Under the pieces are notes generated by a model, which did no database searches, had not been told where the DNA came from, and saw nothing but the letters and a program-made list of their open reading frames with translations. From a virus: DNA of 34,476 nt. Each line of letters opens with the position of its first letter. The stretch's first letter is position 1. Positions 9,364-18,763 of this stretch are shown one piece after another. Both the position numbers and the translations under genes were made by a program. The stretch lies in the IMG/VR virus record IMGVR_UViG_3300005002_000001; one strand, 5' to 3'.

Positions 9364-12300
9364 TGCGAATTTGTCATATCGCGGATATTCACTGGCGAGG
9401 GTTGACTCGTCACGCTGAATATAAGAAGACGTTCGAAGATTTGGCTAACGATCTTAAGAGCAAGAATGTCGATCTGATCTTTATCGGTGGAGATATCTTC
9501 CACACAAAGACATCGGGCATCAGCCCGGAATATATCGATGCCATGACGTGGTGGTTCGATACATTGGCTAGCATCGCTCCCGTTCACGTGATCCTCGGTA
9601 ATCACGACGGAAACCTCATCAATCTGACGAGGCAGGATGCTATCTCTCCGATTATTTCGGCGCTCAAGTCGAATCGAATCACGCTCTATAAGAAGAGCGG
9701 CGTTTTTCCAATCGCTGCAGGATTCAACTTGTGCGTCTTGAGCGTCTTTGATATCGAGGGCTGGAAGGAAGTCAAGCCTCCCAAAAACGAGATCAACATC
9801 GGGTGTTTTCACGGACCTCTCAGGGGATCCAAATCCGAAGAAGGTTGGGAATTCGATTCTGATCTAGGAGTCGAAGACTTTCGATCGTATGATTTTGTTC
9901 TTCTTGGTGACATTCACGCTCAGCAGTTTTTGGATTACCGTCCCTGCAAGGATGGAACGACGAAGCCGTGGATCGGATATCCCGGTAGCACGATCCAGCA
10001 AAACTACGGAGAGACCATCGACGGTCACGGCTACCTGCTCTGGGATATCAAGTCAGTCGATGATTTCGATGTCGAGTTTGTCAAGCTTCCTAATCATCAT
10101 CCGTTTGTGACTGTCGAGTGGGATGACAATACGAAGAAGGTCTGTCAGAAATATCCGGCTCAATCTAGATTCAGGATTCGAAGCCAATCTCATATCCCTC
10201 AGAAGGATGCGAGAGCCATCACGACATGGCTTCTTAACAGAGGAGCTTTGGAAGTCGTTTTCAAGATCGATCAGGAAAAGTCCAAAGTCCTCCTGGCCGA
10301 AGAAAGCCAACGACTGATCCAGGACGTCAGAAATGTCGATGCTCTTCTGGGCTACATGAAAAAGTACTCAGAGTTTGTGTCGTATACTCTGTCCAAAGAG
10401 GACTGGGCTGAGATCGAAAAGATCGTCCGGAATGCAGTCCAGGGAATTGTTGATGACAATGACGTCGCCCGTCACACGAAATGGACCCTGAAGAGCATGG
10501 AATGGGACAATCTCTTTGCTTACGGAGAGAACAATTCCATCAATTTCTCCAGGCTTAGCGGCGTCGTCGGAGTTCTGGGTCCTAATCGATCCGGAAAATC
10601 ATCGATCGTCGGTACGATGTCCTATGGACTCTTCAATACAACTGACAGAGGCTCGGTAGAAAATCTGAGGGTCGTCAACGAACGAAAACCGTATGGTCTT
10701 GTCAAGATGGACGTTGTTTCCAATCAGGGAGATTACTACCTTGAACGTCAGACCGTCAAGAAAGAAAACAGAAAGGGAGATGTTTCAGCTCCCACTACAT
10801 TGAACTTCTACTCTCGAAATTCGTCTAATAACGATCTTTCTGAGATGAATGGAGAGCAACGCAAGGATACCGAAAAGGTCATTCGAAAGCTGTTGGGTAA
10901 CTTCGACGACTTCCAATTGACAGGTCTGTCTAGACAGGGAGATCTCAATCGATTCATCAATGAGGGATCGACTCAGCGAAAAGCCATCTTGACGAAGTTC
11001 TTGGATCTTGATTACCTCGAGCGCTTGCACGAGACGATCAAGTCTGATATGAACAATCTCAAATACTCTTCGAAGGGTCTGTATGACAATTACGAACTCA
11101 AGATCAAAAATGCCAAAGCTGATCTGACTCGATCTTCTGAGCTTCTTGCTGACAAGGAACTCAAACTCGAAGTTGTCAAATCCAAGATTGATGACCTTAG
11201 AAAAGCATATGCTGATGCTTCTGACGGAGCTCAGCCTGTCACTGCTGAGGATCTGTCGGCGCAGGAAGCTATCGTCAAGAAGTACACTTCTGATCTCAAG
11301 CAGAGAGAAGTCGACATCAAGAGGACCGAGGATCTGATCCTCGGCTTGCAGGATAAACGAGACAAGATCGAAAATCTCGAAAGAGAATACGATCTTGATG
11401 ATCTCAAACGTCAGTATCGAGAGCAGCTTTCGATGGAGACCGAGCTAGCTCAGAAGAAGGCCAAGTATGAGAAGGAGCATGACATCCTTGTAGCCAAGGA
11501 AAAGTCGGCCAAGAAGCTGCTCGAAGTTCCTTGCGGAGATTCCTTTCCGACGTGCAAATATATTCGAGATTCGCACCAGGACAAGCTGACCATCAAGGAG
11601 CAGAAGGCTCGTGCCCGCGAAGCCCTCGACCTTTTGGACTCAGTCAAACGAGCGCTGGTCACCGTCAAAAATCAGAACCTCGGAGACAAGATCAATAAGC
11701 TTGAGAAGCTCAAGCAGGCCCTGGGCACGATCAACATTCAAATCACTGAAAGCGAATCTAAGAAGATCAGATTCGAAAGCGAAGTTCTGACCCTCTCTTC
11801 CAAACTGCAAGAATCTAGTGATCGTCTCGATAGCTTGAAGCTTTCTCTCGTTAGTGATGTTGGTGTCAAATGCTCCAAGATCAAGAAGGAGCTCGAGGTC
11901 CAGCAAGTTTTGTCTGCTTCTCTCGAAAAAGAAGTCCGCAATCTCTACTCGGAAAAAGGAAAGTACGAGCATGAGATGCAAAACATTTTGAAGAATCGAG
12001 AAGAAGCCGAAAAGACCCTGGGCATCATCAAGATCTATGAGTTTGTGACTCAGTCTCTGTCGAAAAAGGGAATCCCTGCTTTGATTCTTCGAAGCCAGCT
12101 TCCCATCATCAACGAAGAAGTGGAAAAGATCTTGCAGGGTACTTTTGATTTCTCCGTCGAGTTTGAGTTGGACGATGATCTGAATTCGATGGATATCGTT
12201 TTGAATTACGGAGATTCGAAGCGTCCCATCGAAATGTGTTCCGGGATGGAAAAGACCATTGCTTCTATCGCTATTCGAGTTGCGTTGATCAATATCACAT

Positions 12301-12512
12301 CTTTGCCCAAACCCGACTTCTTGATTCTAGATGAGGGTTTTGGAACCCTTGATCCGCTGCAGGTCGACCCTTGCGGACGCCTCCTGCAGTCACTCAAAAA
12401 ATTCTTTAGGTTCGTCATGGTTATTACCCACGTCGATCCTCTGAAGGATTATATTGACAACTCGATCGAGGTGACTCGAAAGGAAAAGGATTCGTATGTA
12501 TCTTACGCTTGA
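9363..12512 (+). CDS. fused SbcD(Mre11)-SbcC(Rad50) nuclease-ATPase
   Basis: N-terminal phosphoesterase motifs: IADIHWRG (DxH), GGDIFH (GDxxD-like), LGNHDG (GNHD), GDIHAQ. Then Walker A GVLGPNRSGKSS, a ~350-aa coiled-coil with a central PCGDSFPTC, signature-like CSGMEKT, Walker B FLILDEGFGTLD and H-loop VITHVD. Confidence 0.8.
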   Translation: MRICHIADIHWRGLTRHAEYKKTFEDLANDLKSKNVDLIFIGGDIFHTKTSGISPEYIDAMTWWFDTLASIAPVHVILGNHDGNLINLTRQDAISPIISALKSNRITLYKKSGVFPIAAGFNLCVLSVFDIEGWKEVKPPKNEINIGCFHGPLRGSKSEEGWEFDSDLGVEDFRSYDFVLLGDIHAQQFLDYRPCKDGTTKPWIGYPGSTIQQNYGETIDGHGYLLWDIKSVDDFDVEFVKLPNHHPFVTVEWDDNTKKVCQKYPAQSRFRIRSQSHIPQKDARAITTWLLNRGALEVVFKIDQEKSKVLLAEESQRLIQDVRNVDALLGYMKKYSEFVSYTLSKEDWAEIEKIVRNAVQGIVDDNDVARHTKWTLKSMEWDNLFAYGENNSINFSRLSGVVGVLGPNRSGKSSIVGTMSYGLFNTTDRGSVENLRVVNERKPYGLVKMDVVSNQGDYYLERQTVKKENRKGDVSAPTTLNFYSRNSSNNDLSEMNGEQRKDTEKVIRKLLGNFDDFQLTGLSRQGDLNRFINEGSTQRKAILTKFLDLDYLERLHETIKSDMNNLKYSSKGLYDNYELKIKNAKADLTRSSELLADKELKLEVVKSKIDDLRKAYADASDGAQPVTAEDLSAQEAIVKKYTSDLKQREVDIKRTEDLILGLQDKRDKIENLEREYDLDDLKRQYREQLSMETELAQKKAKYEKEHDILVAKEKSAKKLLEVPCGDSFPTCKYIRDSHQDKLTIKEQKARAREALDLLDSVKRALVTVKNQNLGDKINKLEKLKQALGTINIQITESESKKIRFESEVLTLSSKLQESSDRLDSLKLSLVSDVGVKCSKIKKELEVQQVLSASLEKEVRNLYSEKGKYEHEMQNILKNREEAEKTLGIIKIYEFVTQSLSKKGIPALILRSQLPIINEEVEKILQGTFDFSVEFELDDDLNSMDIVLNYGDSKRPIEMCSGMEKTIASIAIRVALINITSLPKPDFLILDEGFGTLDPLQVDPCGRLLQSLKKFFRFVMVITHVDPLKDYIDNSIEVTRKEKDSYVSYA

Positions 12513-12825
12513 TCCCACGATCGAATGGTCGGAAAGGTCGGACGACCGCAAGGAAAGAAAGATCGGAAAGTTTGTCGTCACTATCCCCAAGGAGTACGAG
12601 TTTCCCAGACCTGTCTTTTGTCCCTGTTGCGATCGTCCGATGAGAGATGCGCAAGACCAGGTCTCCTACGACAAGAATAGTTGTTGTTTTTCCTGCGACA
12701 ATAAATTTGCTCGTCCGAACATGGAAAAATGGTCCAGCGGATGGAGACCCTCACCTGATGAGATTCAAAAATACCTCCAGGAGAGCGGCTACGATGTGAC
12801 TTCCAAAAACGTCCTGGATCAATGA
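12496..12825 (+). CDS. zinc-ribbon protein (109 aa)
   Basis: CPCC...x~25...CCFSC cysteine clusters. Overlaps the end of the SbcDC gene. Confidence 0.35.
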   Translation: MYLTLDPTIEWSERSDDRKERKIGKFVVTIPKEYEFPRPVFCPCCDRPMRDAQDQVSYDKNSCCFSCDNKFARPNMEKWSSGWRPSPDEIQKYLQESGYDVTSKNVLDQ

Positions 12826-12831
12826 TCGTCT

Positions 12832-12851
12832 GTCTCCTAATTAAAGGAGAC
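12832..12851 (+). promoter_or_regulatory. hairpin enclosing the SD of the downstream gene
   Basis: gtctcc-taattaaa-ggagac is a perfect 6-bp inverted repeat. The 3' arm is the GGAGA Shine-Dalgarno of the ORF starting at 12853. Confidence 0.3.
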
Positions 12852-12852
12852 C

Positions 12853-13233
12853 ATGGACTTTCTAGAATATAGCGATCTAGCCCAAGCCATTGACACGACC
12901 TTTGGTCGATCGTCGACGACTGGCATCGCCTCTCACTCAGTGAAGGCGTCTATCGTTGGCCAGGAACAAGTTCGTCTGGTGTATGCTTGCGTCGTCAATC
13001 TAACGACAGATCGTGAAGCTCTCCAGATGAAGCAGCGATATACTGATGAGTCAGAAGACGTCATCAGAAAATACATCGCTAAAATGAAGGCCGACTACAA
13101 GGAAATTTCGGGTCGCGCCATCTCCTTCAAGGAAGTGAGCAGCAATGTTTCCCTTGAGATGGTCAATATGAACATCTTCAATAGGAAGCGCACTGCAATC
13201 TTCCGCCGCTTGGTGCTGCTTGATGTGACCTAA
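12853..13233 (+). CDS. putative small terminase subunit (126 aa)
   Basis: Assigned by position only: immediately upstream of the large terminase and coupled to it by a TAATG overlap, with size similar to T4 gp16. No diagnostic motif. Confidence 0.3.
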   Translation: MDFLEYSDLAQAIDTTFGRSSTTGIASHSVKASIVGQEQVRLVYACVVNLTTDREALQMKQRYTDESEDVIRKYIAKMKADYKEISGRAISFKEVSSNVSLEMVNMNIFNRKRTAIFRRLVLLDVT

Positions 13234-14813
13234 TGCAGCAACACGAGAAGATCCAAGAGATCCTCAAGTGTGGCAAGGATCCGATCTACTTCATCAAGAA
13301 GTACGTCAAGATTCAACATCCCAAACGAGGAACTATTCCGTTTGAGACGTATGACTTCCAGGATGATTGCGTCCGGGACTTCGTCAAGCATCGCTTTAAT
13401 ATCATCGTAAAGTCCCGGCAGTTAGGTCTTTCGACCGTCACTGCCGGTTTTGCTTTGTGGTTAGCGATTTTTCACAAGGACAAGAACATCCTTGTTATCG
13501 CAACCAAGTTGCCCACAGCTGTCAACTTCATCAAAAAGGTGAAGTTCATGCTTAATAGCTTGCCGGCCTGGCTAATGCTTACCGAGTTTCGTGACACTCA
13601 GCAGAGCGTTACGTTTTCTAACGGTTCTGAAATCAAGGCCATTCCGACTTCCGAAGATGCCGGTCGTTCCGAAGCTCTTTCTTTGTTGATCGTAGATGAA
13701 GCGGCTCACGTTAGATACTTCGACGAAATTTGGGCAGGTCTGTACCCTACGCTGTCGACAGGAGGATCGGCGATTTTGATTTCGACTCCCAAGGGTGTCG
13801 GTGGCACGTATCACAAGATCTATTCAGAGGCCGTAGCAGGAGTCAACAACTTCAATCACATCAACCTTCCTTGGCATGTCCATCCTGAACACGATGATGA
13901 GTGGTTCAAAGAAGACAGCAAGCAGTTTGCAGGAGATTTGAAGAAGATTGCGCAAGAGTATCTGTGTGACTTCATTTCATCGGGTGATACCTTTTTGCAG
14001 GTTCAGCAGATGGATTGGCTCAAATCCCTGATCAAGAATCCGATATCCAAAGAGGGCGACGGTCGTCGAGTTTGGATCTGGGAAAATCCTCGACCCGGTC
14101 GGAAGTACATCATGACGGCCGACGTGTCCCGCGGAAACGCTGCTGACTATTCTACTTTTCACATCATCGATACTACGACATATACTGTAGTCGCCGAATA
14201 CAAGGGTAAGATTGCTCCTGATGATCTCGGAGTCATCATGGCCGAGTGGGCGACCAAATACAATAAAGCTCTTGTCTGTCCCGAATACAACTCGTATGGC
14301 TTCATGACTTGGTCCAAGATGAGAGATCTGAAATATACGAAGTTCTATTACAAGGCCGCGCGCTACAACGAGAATTACGTGCCTAGCGATACTGACAAGC
14401 CAGGTTTCGATACTCAGAGCAATTCTAAGATTCAGGCACTGACCAAGCTAGAAGAGCTCATCAGAAATCAGGTTCTCAAGTCTCATTCTCAGAGACTAGT
14501 CGACGAGCTGCAAACATACGTTTGGAACGGTTCCAAAGCTTCGGCTCTCAAAGGATACAATGACGATCTCGTCATGTCGGCCGCCATCGCCGCGTGGTTG
14601 TTGGATACCTTGTTCGGAACTCAATCATCGACGACGATCGATGAAATGATGGCTCAGAGCATCGTAGTCTCTCGGAGGAACGTCATGGATATAGCTCCGC
14701 AGGTTCCTATCATCGGTCACGGCCCTTCGGCTGTTCCCGTCAGGCAACGTCAATTGAGCAATGCAGCATTCAATCAGGGCGGAGTTGATCTTCGTTGGTT
14801 GTTGGGAAAGTGA
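13233..14813 (+). CDS. terminase large subunit (T4 gp17-like)
   Basis: FNIIVKSRQLGLSTV aligns with the gp17 ATPase P-loop region (SRQLGKT). Walker B LLIVDEAAHV. C-terminal RNaseH-like nuclease acidic residues (IMTADVSRG..., DD). Confidence 0.85.
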   Translation: MQQHEKIQEILKCGKDPIYFIKKYVKIQHPKRGTIPFETYDFQDDCVRDFVKHRFNIIVKSRQLGLSTVTAGFALWLAIFHKDKNILVIATKLPTAVNFIKKVKFMLNSLPAWLMLTEFRDTQQSVTFSNGSEIKAIPTSEDAGRSEALSLLIVDEAAHVRYFDEIWAGLYPTLSTGGSAILISTPKGVGGTYHKIYSEAVAGVNNFNHINLPWHVHPEHDDEWFKEDSKQFAGDLKKIAQEYLCDFISSGDTFLQVQQMDWLKSLIKNPISKEGDGRRVWIWENPRPGRKYIMTADVSRGNAADYSTFHIIDTTTYTVVAEYKGKIAPDDLGVIMAEWATKYNKALVCPEYNSYGFMTWSKMRDLKYTKFYYKAARYNENYVPSDTDKPGFDTQSNSKIQALTKLEELIRNQVLKSHSQRLVDELQTYVWNGSKASALKGYNDDLVMSAAIAAWLLDTLFGTQSSTTIDEMMAQSIVVSRRNVMDIAPQVPIIGHGPSAVPVRQRQLSNAAFNQGGVDLRWLLGK

Positions 14814-14828
14814 GCAATAATTAAGTCT

Positions 14829-15122
14829 ATGAAGATCTCTCTCGAAGAACTTCGAAAAGTAGTCAGGGAAGAGCTCGAGCTCGTACAAGAGGACCTTGAC
14901 CATCAGAGCGTCAAGAGCGTCGTCAATTCGGCTTCGAGTTTACTTCATGCTATTGATAAGTTCAATTCATCGGAGCCGACTGCGGCTCAGTCAACAGGCG
15001 TCAATACTCTTCTTACTTCTCTAAGAAAGAGTCTTGAGGATATGATTCAGAATCCGACGTCTTATGTCGATAGGCCGCCTCCCAAGGTGCTGACGGTCAA
15101 GAAGCCTAGAAGCGCTACCTGA
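14829..15122 (+). CDS. small protein with N-terminal capsid-targeting-like leader (97 aa)
   Basis: N-terminus MKISLEELRKVVRE is shared in pattern with the ORFs at 19676 and 20216. Lies between terminase and portal. Confidence 0.45.
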   Translation: MKISLEELRKVVREELELVQEDLDHQSVKSVVNSASSLLHAIDKFNSSEPTAAQSTGVNTLLTSLRKSLEDMIQNPTSYVDRPPPKVLTVKKPRSAT

Positions 15123-15170
15123 GAAACGTAGTAGAATCTAGCTCAGAGCTCAAATAGCTCAGAGGTTCGA

Positions 15171-17282
15171 ATGGCAAGGAAACACAGAGACAACCTATTC
15201 AAGCGCCTCACAAGGCTTTTTAGATCGGGACCCGTAGTCAAACGAAAGGTCCGCGCCCTTGATACCCGAGTGGCGATGCCCGATCAGATCAAGTCTTCGG
15301 CAGTTGCTCTCTTCCAGAAGTCTGTTTCGCCGATGTATACGGCGATCACAGCTAATGCGTACAACCTTGCTGAACGTTTGATGAGGTACAACGACTTTCA
15401 GGAGATGGAACAGACTCCTGAAATTTCGTCTGCGCTCGACATTTATGCCGACGAAACGTGTGCCCAGGACGAAAAGGGTCGGACCCTTCACATCTACTCT
15501 GAAAACACTCGAGTCAAACAGATCCTAGAAGATCTGTTCTATGATACGCTCAACGTCGAGTTCAATATGCGTCCCTGGACTCGTAGCCTCTGCAAGTTCG
15601 GTGACTTTTTTCTTTATAACGATGTGCATCCCGATCACGGAGTTATGAATGCGATTCCTATTCCGGTCAACGAGATCGAAAGGATCGAGGGGTTCGACAA
15701 AGCGGATCCGATGGCTGTCAAATTCCGATGGGCCGGACTCGCCAATCGAGAGCTAGAAAACTGGGAAGTAACGCACATGCGGCTTCTCGGAAACGATACA
15801 TTTTTGCCGTACGGATCGTCTATCATCGAACCTGCGCGCCGCATCTGGCGGCAGCTGATTTTGATCGAAGATGCCATGCTCGTCTATCGAGTAGTCAGAG
15901 CTCCGGAACGACGAGTCTTTTATATCGACGTTGGTAACCTTGAAAGCGATGCTGTTCCGACATATATCGAACAGCAGAGGGCACAACTTCGAACGAATCA
16001 AGTTATCGACAAAAATGCCGGTCGTGTCGATCTTCGGTATAATCCGATGAGCGTCGACGAGGACTTCTTGATTCCTGTTCGTGGATCCGACACCGGGACC
16101 AAGATTGATACTTTGGCTGGTGGTGTCAATACCGCTGCCGTCGAAGACGTTGCCTATATCCAAAAGAAGCTGTTTGCCGCTCTTAAGATTCCTCGTGCTT
16201 ATTTGGGTTACGACGAAATGCTGAGCAGCAAAGCAACGTTGGCTCAGGAAGATATTCGATTCTCTCGTAGCATCAATATGATCCAGAGGACGATCATCGC
16301 CGAGTTTAACAAGCTGGCGATTATTCATCTTTACGCTCATGGATTCGAAGGCGAAGATCTTCTAAACTTTACGCTTCGACTGTCCAATCCGTCGACGGTG
16401 GCTCAGCAGCAAAAGCTTGAAGTCTATCGAGCTAAATTTGAAATCGCCGGCACTGCCCCCGAAGGGTTGGTCTCTAGAAAGTTTCTTCTGAAGAATATTC
16501 TGATGCTCAACGATGATGAAATCGAAGAGATGGATGAAGAACTAGAAGAAGATGCAGCTAGAGCGGCTCGTCTTGGAGCTGCCGCTGAAGGCGGCGGAGG
16601 AGGGGGTGGAGGCGGTGGAGGCGGCGGCCTAGGCTTGGCCGGTGCTCCGGGAGGCGAAGGAGAAGGTGGAGAAGATGATATTTTCGGAGGCGGTGATGCC
16701 GGAGCGGGTGGAGGAGAAACAGCACCCGGTGGCGCACCTGCTGGAGGAGCACCCGATCTCGGGGGCGGAGAAGAAGCCCCACCGCCGGAAGAGCCCGACG
16801 AAGAGAATGCTGGAGAAGAGCCCGAAGAAGAGGAAGAGCCAAATACTGAGCTTCTGACTTCGGGGGACGAGCCCAACGACGAGCATTTCAAGATCACTCT
16901 CAAACCCGGTGAAAATCCGGTCAAGGCTAATTCCCAGCTCTCGAAACACCTTTATAACAGAGGTCGCCGCAGAACTCACGGCGCGTCCAGGACCCATATG
17001 CCTGATTACAAGCGCATGACTGGCATCGACTCTCCATCGATGAAGGATCCATTCGATTCAGGCTGGATGAAGGGAGTCGTCAGTAATCCTATGGGCGAAT
17101 CTACCGAAAAAGATTACTTGCTACCCCGACCGGTTATGTCTCGTGATGCGATGAATGCGATCAGAGGCGCCGCGCGCCGCTGGGGTGTAGATCAGAAGAA
17201 GAACGCTCTCATCAGTGAAAGCGTCGATGAAGACCTCGAAGTCGAATTTGAAGACCTAGATATAGGTGATAGCGATGAGTGA
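15171..17282 (+). CDS. portal protein with poly-Gly/acidic linker and C-terminal extension
   Basis: 703-aa ORF directly downstream of the terminase, in T4-like head-module order. Residues ~475-565 are G13 followed by G/A/E/P low complexity. A distinct ~135-aa basic C-terminal domain follows. Confidence 0.6.
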   Translation: MARKHRDNLFKRLTRLFRSGPVVKRKVRALDTRVAMPDQIKSSAVALFQKSVSPMYTAITANAYNLAERLMRYNDFQEMEQTPEISSALDIYADETCAQDEKGRTLHIYSENTRVKQILEDLFYDTLNVEFNMRPWTRSLCKFGDFFLYNDVHPDHGVMNAIPIPVNEIERIEGFDKADPMAVKFRWAGLANRELENWEVTHMRLLGNDTFLPYGSSIIEPARRIWRQLILIEDAMLVYRVVRAPERRVFYIDVGNLESDAVPTYIEQQRAQLRTNQVIDKNAGRVDLRYNPMSVDEDFLIPVRGSDTGTKIDTLAGGVNTAAVEDVAYIQKKLFAALKIPRAYLGYDEMLSSKATLAQEDIRFSRSINMIQRTIIAEFNKLAIIHLYAHGFEGEDLLNFTLRLSNPSTVAQQQKLEVYRAKFEIAGTAPEGLVSRKFLLKNILMLNDDEIEEMDEELEEDAARAARLGAAAEGGGGGGGGGGGGGLGLAGAPGGEGEGGEDDIFGGGDAGAGGGETAPGGAPAGGAPDLGGGEEAPPPEEPDEENAGEEPEEEEEPNTELLTSGDEPNDEHFKITLKPGENPVKANSQLSKHLYNRGRRRTHGASRTHMPDYKRMTGIDSPSMKDPFDSGWMKGVVSNPMGESTEKDYLLPRPVMSRDAMNAIRGAARRWGVDQKKNALISESVDEDLEVEFEDLDIGDSDE
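16591..16629 (+). repeat. GGN trinucleotide repeat encoding Gly13
   Basis: ggcggcggaggagggggtggaggcggtggaggcggcggc inside the portal ORF. The mirrored proline-rich minus-strand ORFs are artefacts of this tract. Confidence 0.8.
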
Positions 17283-18159
17283 TAGCAACAGCAAGACGAA
17301 CAAACATTCCAAGAAGAGGAATGCCGGATTGATGTACGAGTTTCTGCTCCGTACTATCTCTCGTGCCCTCGTTGAAAATGATGGCAAGCGCTCAAACGCC
17401 GCTCTAAAGATCATCAAGAAGCATTTCAAACCCGGAACAGAACTCTATAGAGAGTTTCGTCTTTTCAATTCGTTGATCAAGACGACGGTCAGCAACGATG
17501 CAGTTGCGGTGTCCATTGTCAATGAAGCTAAACTGGCTGCTCGTGCCATTGACATGTCAAAGCTCGAAAGAGAAAAGACGATCGTCATTCACGAAGTCAA
17601 CAAGACGGTAGCTGACGATTCTTTCTACGATCAACCGATCAATGAGTATAAGACTTATGCCACGATCGGAATTCTTTTCACGGCTTGGAGAAATCCCGGA
17701 AAGTACGATCTGTCTAAGATCGTGCAGTATGAAGAGAAGCTGATCGAATGGCTCAGATCCGAAAAGAAGAATCAGGATCAGTTGAACGAGGGAGCCGAAT
17801 CTCCGGGAGTCAATCGTCTCGTCTTCAAGATCATGACGAAGAAGCTCAACGAGAAATATGGCTCGACTCTAGACGAAGTTCAGAAGTCTCTCGTTAGAGA
17901 GTTTGCCCTTTATAGCGTTACGGGCACTGAGAACAATGTCAGAAATAAGTTGGTCGAGATTAGGAATGACCTGGTCGAATCGATCAAATATTCCAGCGGG
18001 CTTCCTGAGCATACCAGCGAAAAACTTCTAGAAGCTCGAAAGATGATCGAGTCTGAAGTCATTACTATGATCGATGACGAGACGGTTTCGAGGTATATGT
18101 CTTACGCCAAATTGGCGAATGAGCTTCGATCTCCGGAGGAAAAGAATGACCAGGCCTAA
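17275..18159 (+). CDS. hypothetical head-module protein (295 aa), possible prohead core component
   Basis: Located between portal and prohead protease (T4 gp67/gp68 position). Likely start is ATG 17275, inside the overlapping GTG ORF. N-terminus contains an L-V-E motif. Confidence 0.4.
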   Translation: MSDSNSKTNKHSKKRNAGLMYEFLLRTISRALVENDGKRSNAALKIIKKHFKPGTELYREFRLFNSLIKTTVSNDAVAVSIVNEAKLAARAIDMSKLEREKTIVIHEVNKTVADDSFYDQPINEYKTYATIGILFTAWRNPGKYDLSKIVQYEEKLIEWLRSEKKNQDQLNEGAESPGVNRLVFKIMTKKLNEKYGSTLDEVQKSLVREFALYSVTGTENNVRNKLVEIRNDLVESIKYSSGLPEHTSEKLLEARKMIESEVITMIDDETVSRYMSYAKLANELRSPEEKNDQA

Positions 18160-18763
18160 GCTGCTAGCGTCTTACGAGACGTTTGAATACACTCCCGAGA
18201 TGCTCAAAGAATCTCGCGAGGCGAATAACGGAAAGATCATCATGAAGGGTATCCTCCAGAAGGCGGACACCCTCAATCAGAATGGTAGGATCTATCCTCG
18301 ACCCATCCTTGAGCGTGAAGTGAGGAACTATCAGAAGTTCATCATCGAAAATCGAGCCCTGGGCGAGTGCGATCACCCTGATAGTTCTGTCATCAATCTG
18401 AAAAACGTTTCTCACATTGTGCGAGAAGCTCATTTCGAGGGTAACACCGTATACGGCACCGTCGAATTGCTTGATACTCCTTCCGGCAAGGTCTTGCAAT
18501 CTCTAGTGGAGTCGGGTGTCAAACTCGGTATCTCTTCTCGAGGAGTCGGTTCGACCAAGAAGACGGGAGACTACTACACGGTTGACGAAGATTTCCAGCT
18601 GATTTGCTGGGACTTTGTTTCTGAGCCTTCTACTCCCGGAGCCTTCATGCTAGCCGAAGGTAAGGACATTTCAGACGCCGAGCTCAAGAAGATTTTCAAT
18701 CGATCTGACAGGGTCGATCGCATCCTGAATGACATCCTCTTTAGCAAGGGAGGCAAACGATAA
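18146..18763 (+). CDS. prohead protease (T4 gp21-like)
   Basis: GGAGG SD before ATG 18146. 205 aa, near gp21 size. GECDHP...GISSRGVGS matches the His/Ser active-site regions of the gp21 prohead protease family. Confidence 0.65.
   Translation: MTRPKLLASYETFEYTPEMLKESREANNGKIIMKGILQKADTLNQNGRIYPRPILEREVRNYQKFIIENRALGECDHPDSSVINLKNVSHIVREAHFEGNTVYGTVELLDTPSGKVLQSLVESGVKLGISSRGVGSTKKTGDYYTVDEDFQLICWDFVSEPSTPGAFMLAEGKDISDAELKKIFNRSDRVDRILNDILFSKGGKR

Noticed and set aside
15123-15175. tRNA-like sequence fragments (two copies of TAGCTCAGAG and GGTTCGAAT) in the gap before the portal gene
   Set aside because: The pieces cannot be folded into a cloverleaf. gctc-a-gagc leaves a 1-nt D-loop, GGTTCGAAT is followed by GG rather than CC, and there is no anticodon arm or acceptor pairing. 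The total length is too short. GGTTCGAATGG is simply the SD plus the ATG of the portal gene.
16424-16997. Minus-strand proline/serine-rich ORFs (166, 122, 94 aa) opposite the portal gene
   Set aside because: They are the reverse-complement reading of the GGN/GAA low-complexity tract of the portal. They have no start context and lie fully inside a well-supported + strand gene.
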